Of a stretch of 25,717 nucleotides of DNA, positions 24,531-25,717 are shown piece after piece. The DNA is taken from the IMG/VR virus record IMGVR_UViG_3300034272_001821, positions 1-25,717 of that record. One strand, written 5' to 3'. Position 1 is the stretch's first letter, and the number at the start of each line of letters is the position of its first letter. The notes under the pieces were generated by a model that did no database searches, was not told the DNA's origin, and was given only the letters and a program-made list of their open reading frames with translations. A program made the position numbers and the translations under genes. This stretch comes from a virus. Taxonomy: Duplodnaviria; Caudoviricetes.

Positions 24531-24833
24531 CTAAAATTGTTTCTTAAGTGCATCTCCAAACGTTTTAGTTACATTTTTCCAATTCTCAAACCACTTAGCA
24601 GTTACTAAATGTTGATTACATCTCATATAGTTTAATGAATATGACCAATCACCTTCATTATCTATTCTACCAATCTTACTTACCTCAATCCAAACATATC
24701 TACTAGGTACTTCGGAATCATCAAATTGGAAACGATAGTTAGTATCAGTTTCGTGGACTTGTAGGCATCTGAATCTTCCATTCCAAAATTCAGTATCAAC
24801 CATTCTATTCGTATTGTATATCTTTAATATCAT
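24531..24833 (-). CDS. Paralog-array protein 5
   Basis: MILKIYNTNRM...FRCLQVHETDTNYRF. Confidence 0.72.
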   Translation of the reverse strand: MILKIYNTNRMVDTEFWNGRFRCLQVHETDTNYRFQFDDSEVPSRYVWIEVSKIGRIDNEGDWSYSLNYMRCNQHLVTAKWFENWKNVTKTFGDALKKQF

Positions 24834-25405
24834 TATCTAAATTTTTCTTGAAACTCATTTGCTATTCTATATAGCATATTGTTTGGGTCTTTGAATGTCT
24901 CAATATCCATAATAGACATTCTACCACCACACTTAACCATTACTCTATGCGAATCGTATATATCACTATACACAGTTAAAATAACAGCCCTATTACCATA
25001 TCCAAACATACATTCATATCCATCCGTTGTTTGACCTGCTTGTGTTACTATCCAATTACCATACTGACTATTACTAATTGAAATAGGAAATATCATACCA
25101 ATTAATCTATCCCAATTTTGTATCACTAATGGTTTACCTGTATGATTCATATGTGGTACATTTAACGATGAAGTATTAAAGGCTGTTGGCATTGCCGGCG
25201 GTGGAGGTATATGACCGAATGATGGAATTGGTGCTTGTTTAGCTTTCTTCTTCTCCCCAAATAACTTTTTCCATCCCCATCCTAACATTGTGTTATCCCA
25301 AAGTATTCTTCGTATATCACCTACTTCACTAACTATATACGCATATATCCACAATCCAACAATTCCGCTCATTACCATAGCGAATACAATTTCTCCAAAG
25401 CTCAT
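24833..25405 (-). CDS. Paralog-array protein 6, fused to an N-terminal TM helix and Pro-rich linker
   Basis: TM IVFAMVMSGIVGLWIYAYIV, linker IPPPPAMP, then LVIQNWDRL...NWIVTQAGQTTDGYEC. Confidence 0.75.
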   Translation of the reverse strand: MSFGEIVFAMVMSGIVGLWIYAYIVSEVGDIRRILWDNTMLGWGWKKLFGEKKKAKQAPIPSFGHIPPPPAMPTAFNTSSLNVPHMNHTGKPLVIQNWDRLIGMIFPISISNSQYGNWIVTQAGQTTDGYECMFGYGNRAVILTVYSDIYDSHRVMVKCGGRMSIMDIETFKDPNNMLYRIANEFQEKFR

Positions 25406-25411
25406 ATTATT

Positions 25412-25717
25412 TTATTTTAAATTCATCATATTTTCAATATTCTTAATTACATAGGGAGGCCCTAATTCAAAATCACACTTTCTTAATAACCTTCTAATTG
25501 GTTTCGCACCACCCGAATCATCCGCCCAAAACCATAATTCATAAAGAGCAGTATCACCTTCACCAATTGGAGTTCGTTCTATATTAACTTGCATAGTTTC
25601 CCTTCTATTATGTTTATACAATTGTATTAAGTAAGAACTATCCAATGTTACTACTTTACCTACTCTCCAATCTTCCACAGCACCATATTGTGTAAGTTTT
25701 TCTATATTCTTTATTGT
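25412..25717 (-). CDS. Paralog-array protein 7; partial, start lies beyond the right edge
   Basis: Frame stays open past the track's GTG: TIKNIEKLTQYGAVEDWRVGKVVTLDSSYLI. Confidence 0.75.
   Translation of the reverse strand, partial: TIKNIEKLTQYGAVEDWRVGKVVTLDSSYLIQLYKHNRRETMQVNIERTPIGEGDTALYELWFWADDSGGAKPIRRLLRKCDFELGPPYVIKNIENMMNLK

Noticed and set aside
1-25717. Stop-codon reassignment, as in some large phages
   Set aside because: Conserved genes are intact in the standard code, and TAG ends genes at sensible junctions (e.g. 2443, 24531).
23050-25717. Diversity-generating retroelement or DNA repeat behind the paralog array
   Set aside because: No reverse transcriptase and no near-identical template/variable repeat pair seen; similarity is at protein level only.
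1-25717. Bacterial chromosome or prophage with host flanks
   Set aside because: No core housekeeping operon, integrase or att site seen; host-like genes are interspersed with phage-type orphans. No capsid or terminase gene is in the window, so phage origin remains an inference.

Overview
AT-rich, gene-dense segment that reads as part of a large lytic dsDNA phage, probably infecting a Bacteroidota host. Evidence: a gp55-like sigma factor, phoH, hsp20, thyA, uvsE, a DUF3310-like gene, 2OG-Fe(II) oxygenase and many small orphan ORFs; nine Bacteroidota-type -33/-7 promoters with an invariant 19-bp spacer; mostly A-rich translation starts without Shine-Dalgarno motifs. Nearly all genes are on the minus strand. 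A plus-strand island (18.15-22.37 kb) carries a full-length Oar-like TonB-dependent receptor behind a uORF/terminator attenuator, and a 36-aa membrane peptide between twin terminators. Other highlights: a peptide deformylase homologue lacking all three metal ligands; a tandem array of at least 7 divergent paralogous ~100-aa proteins at the right edge; a second promoter class (ATATTTAT) that may be read by the phage sigma; a triple 27-bp palindrome; a structured hsp20 leader; and a promoter-linked non-coding repeat tract. No tRNA, rRNA or CRISPR array was seen. All calls come from reading motifs by eye, with no database searches.
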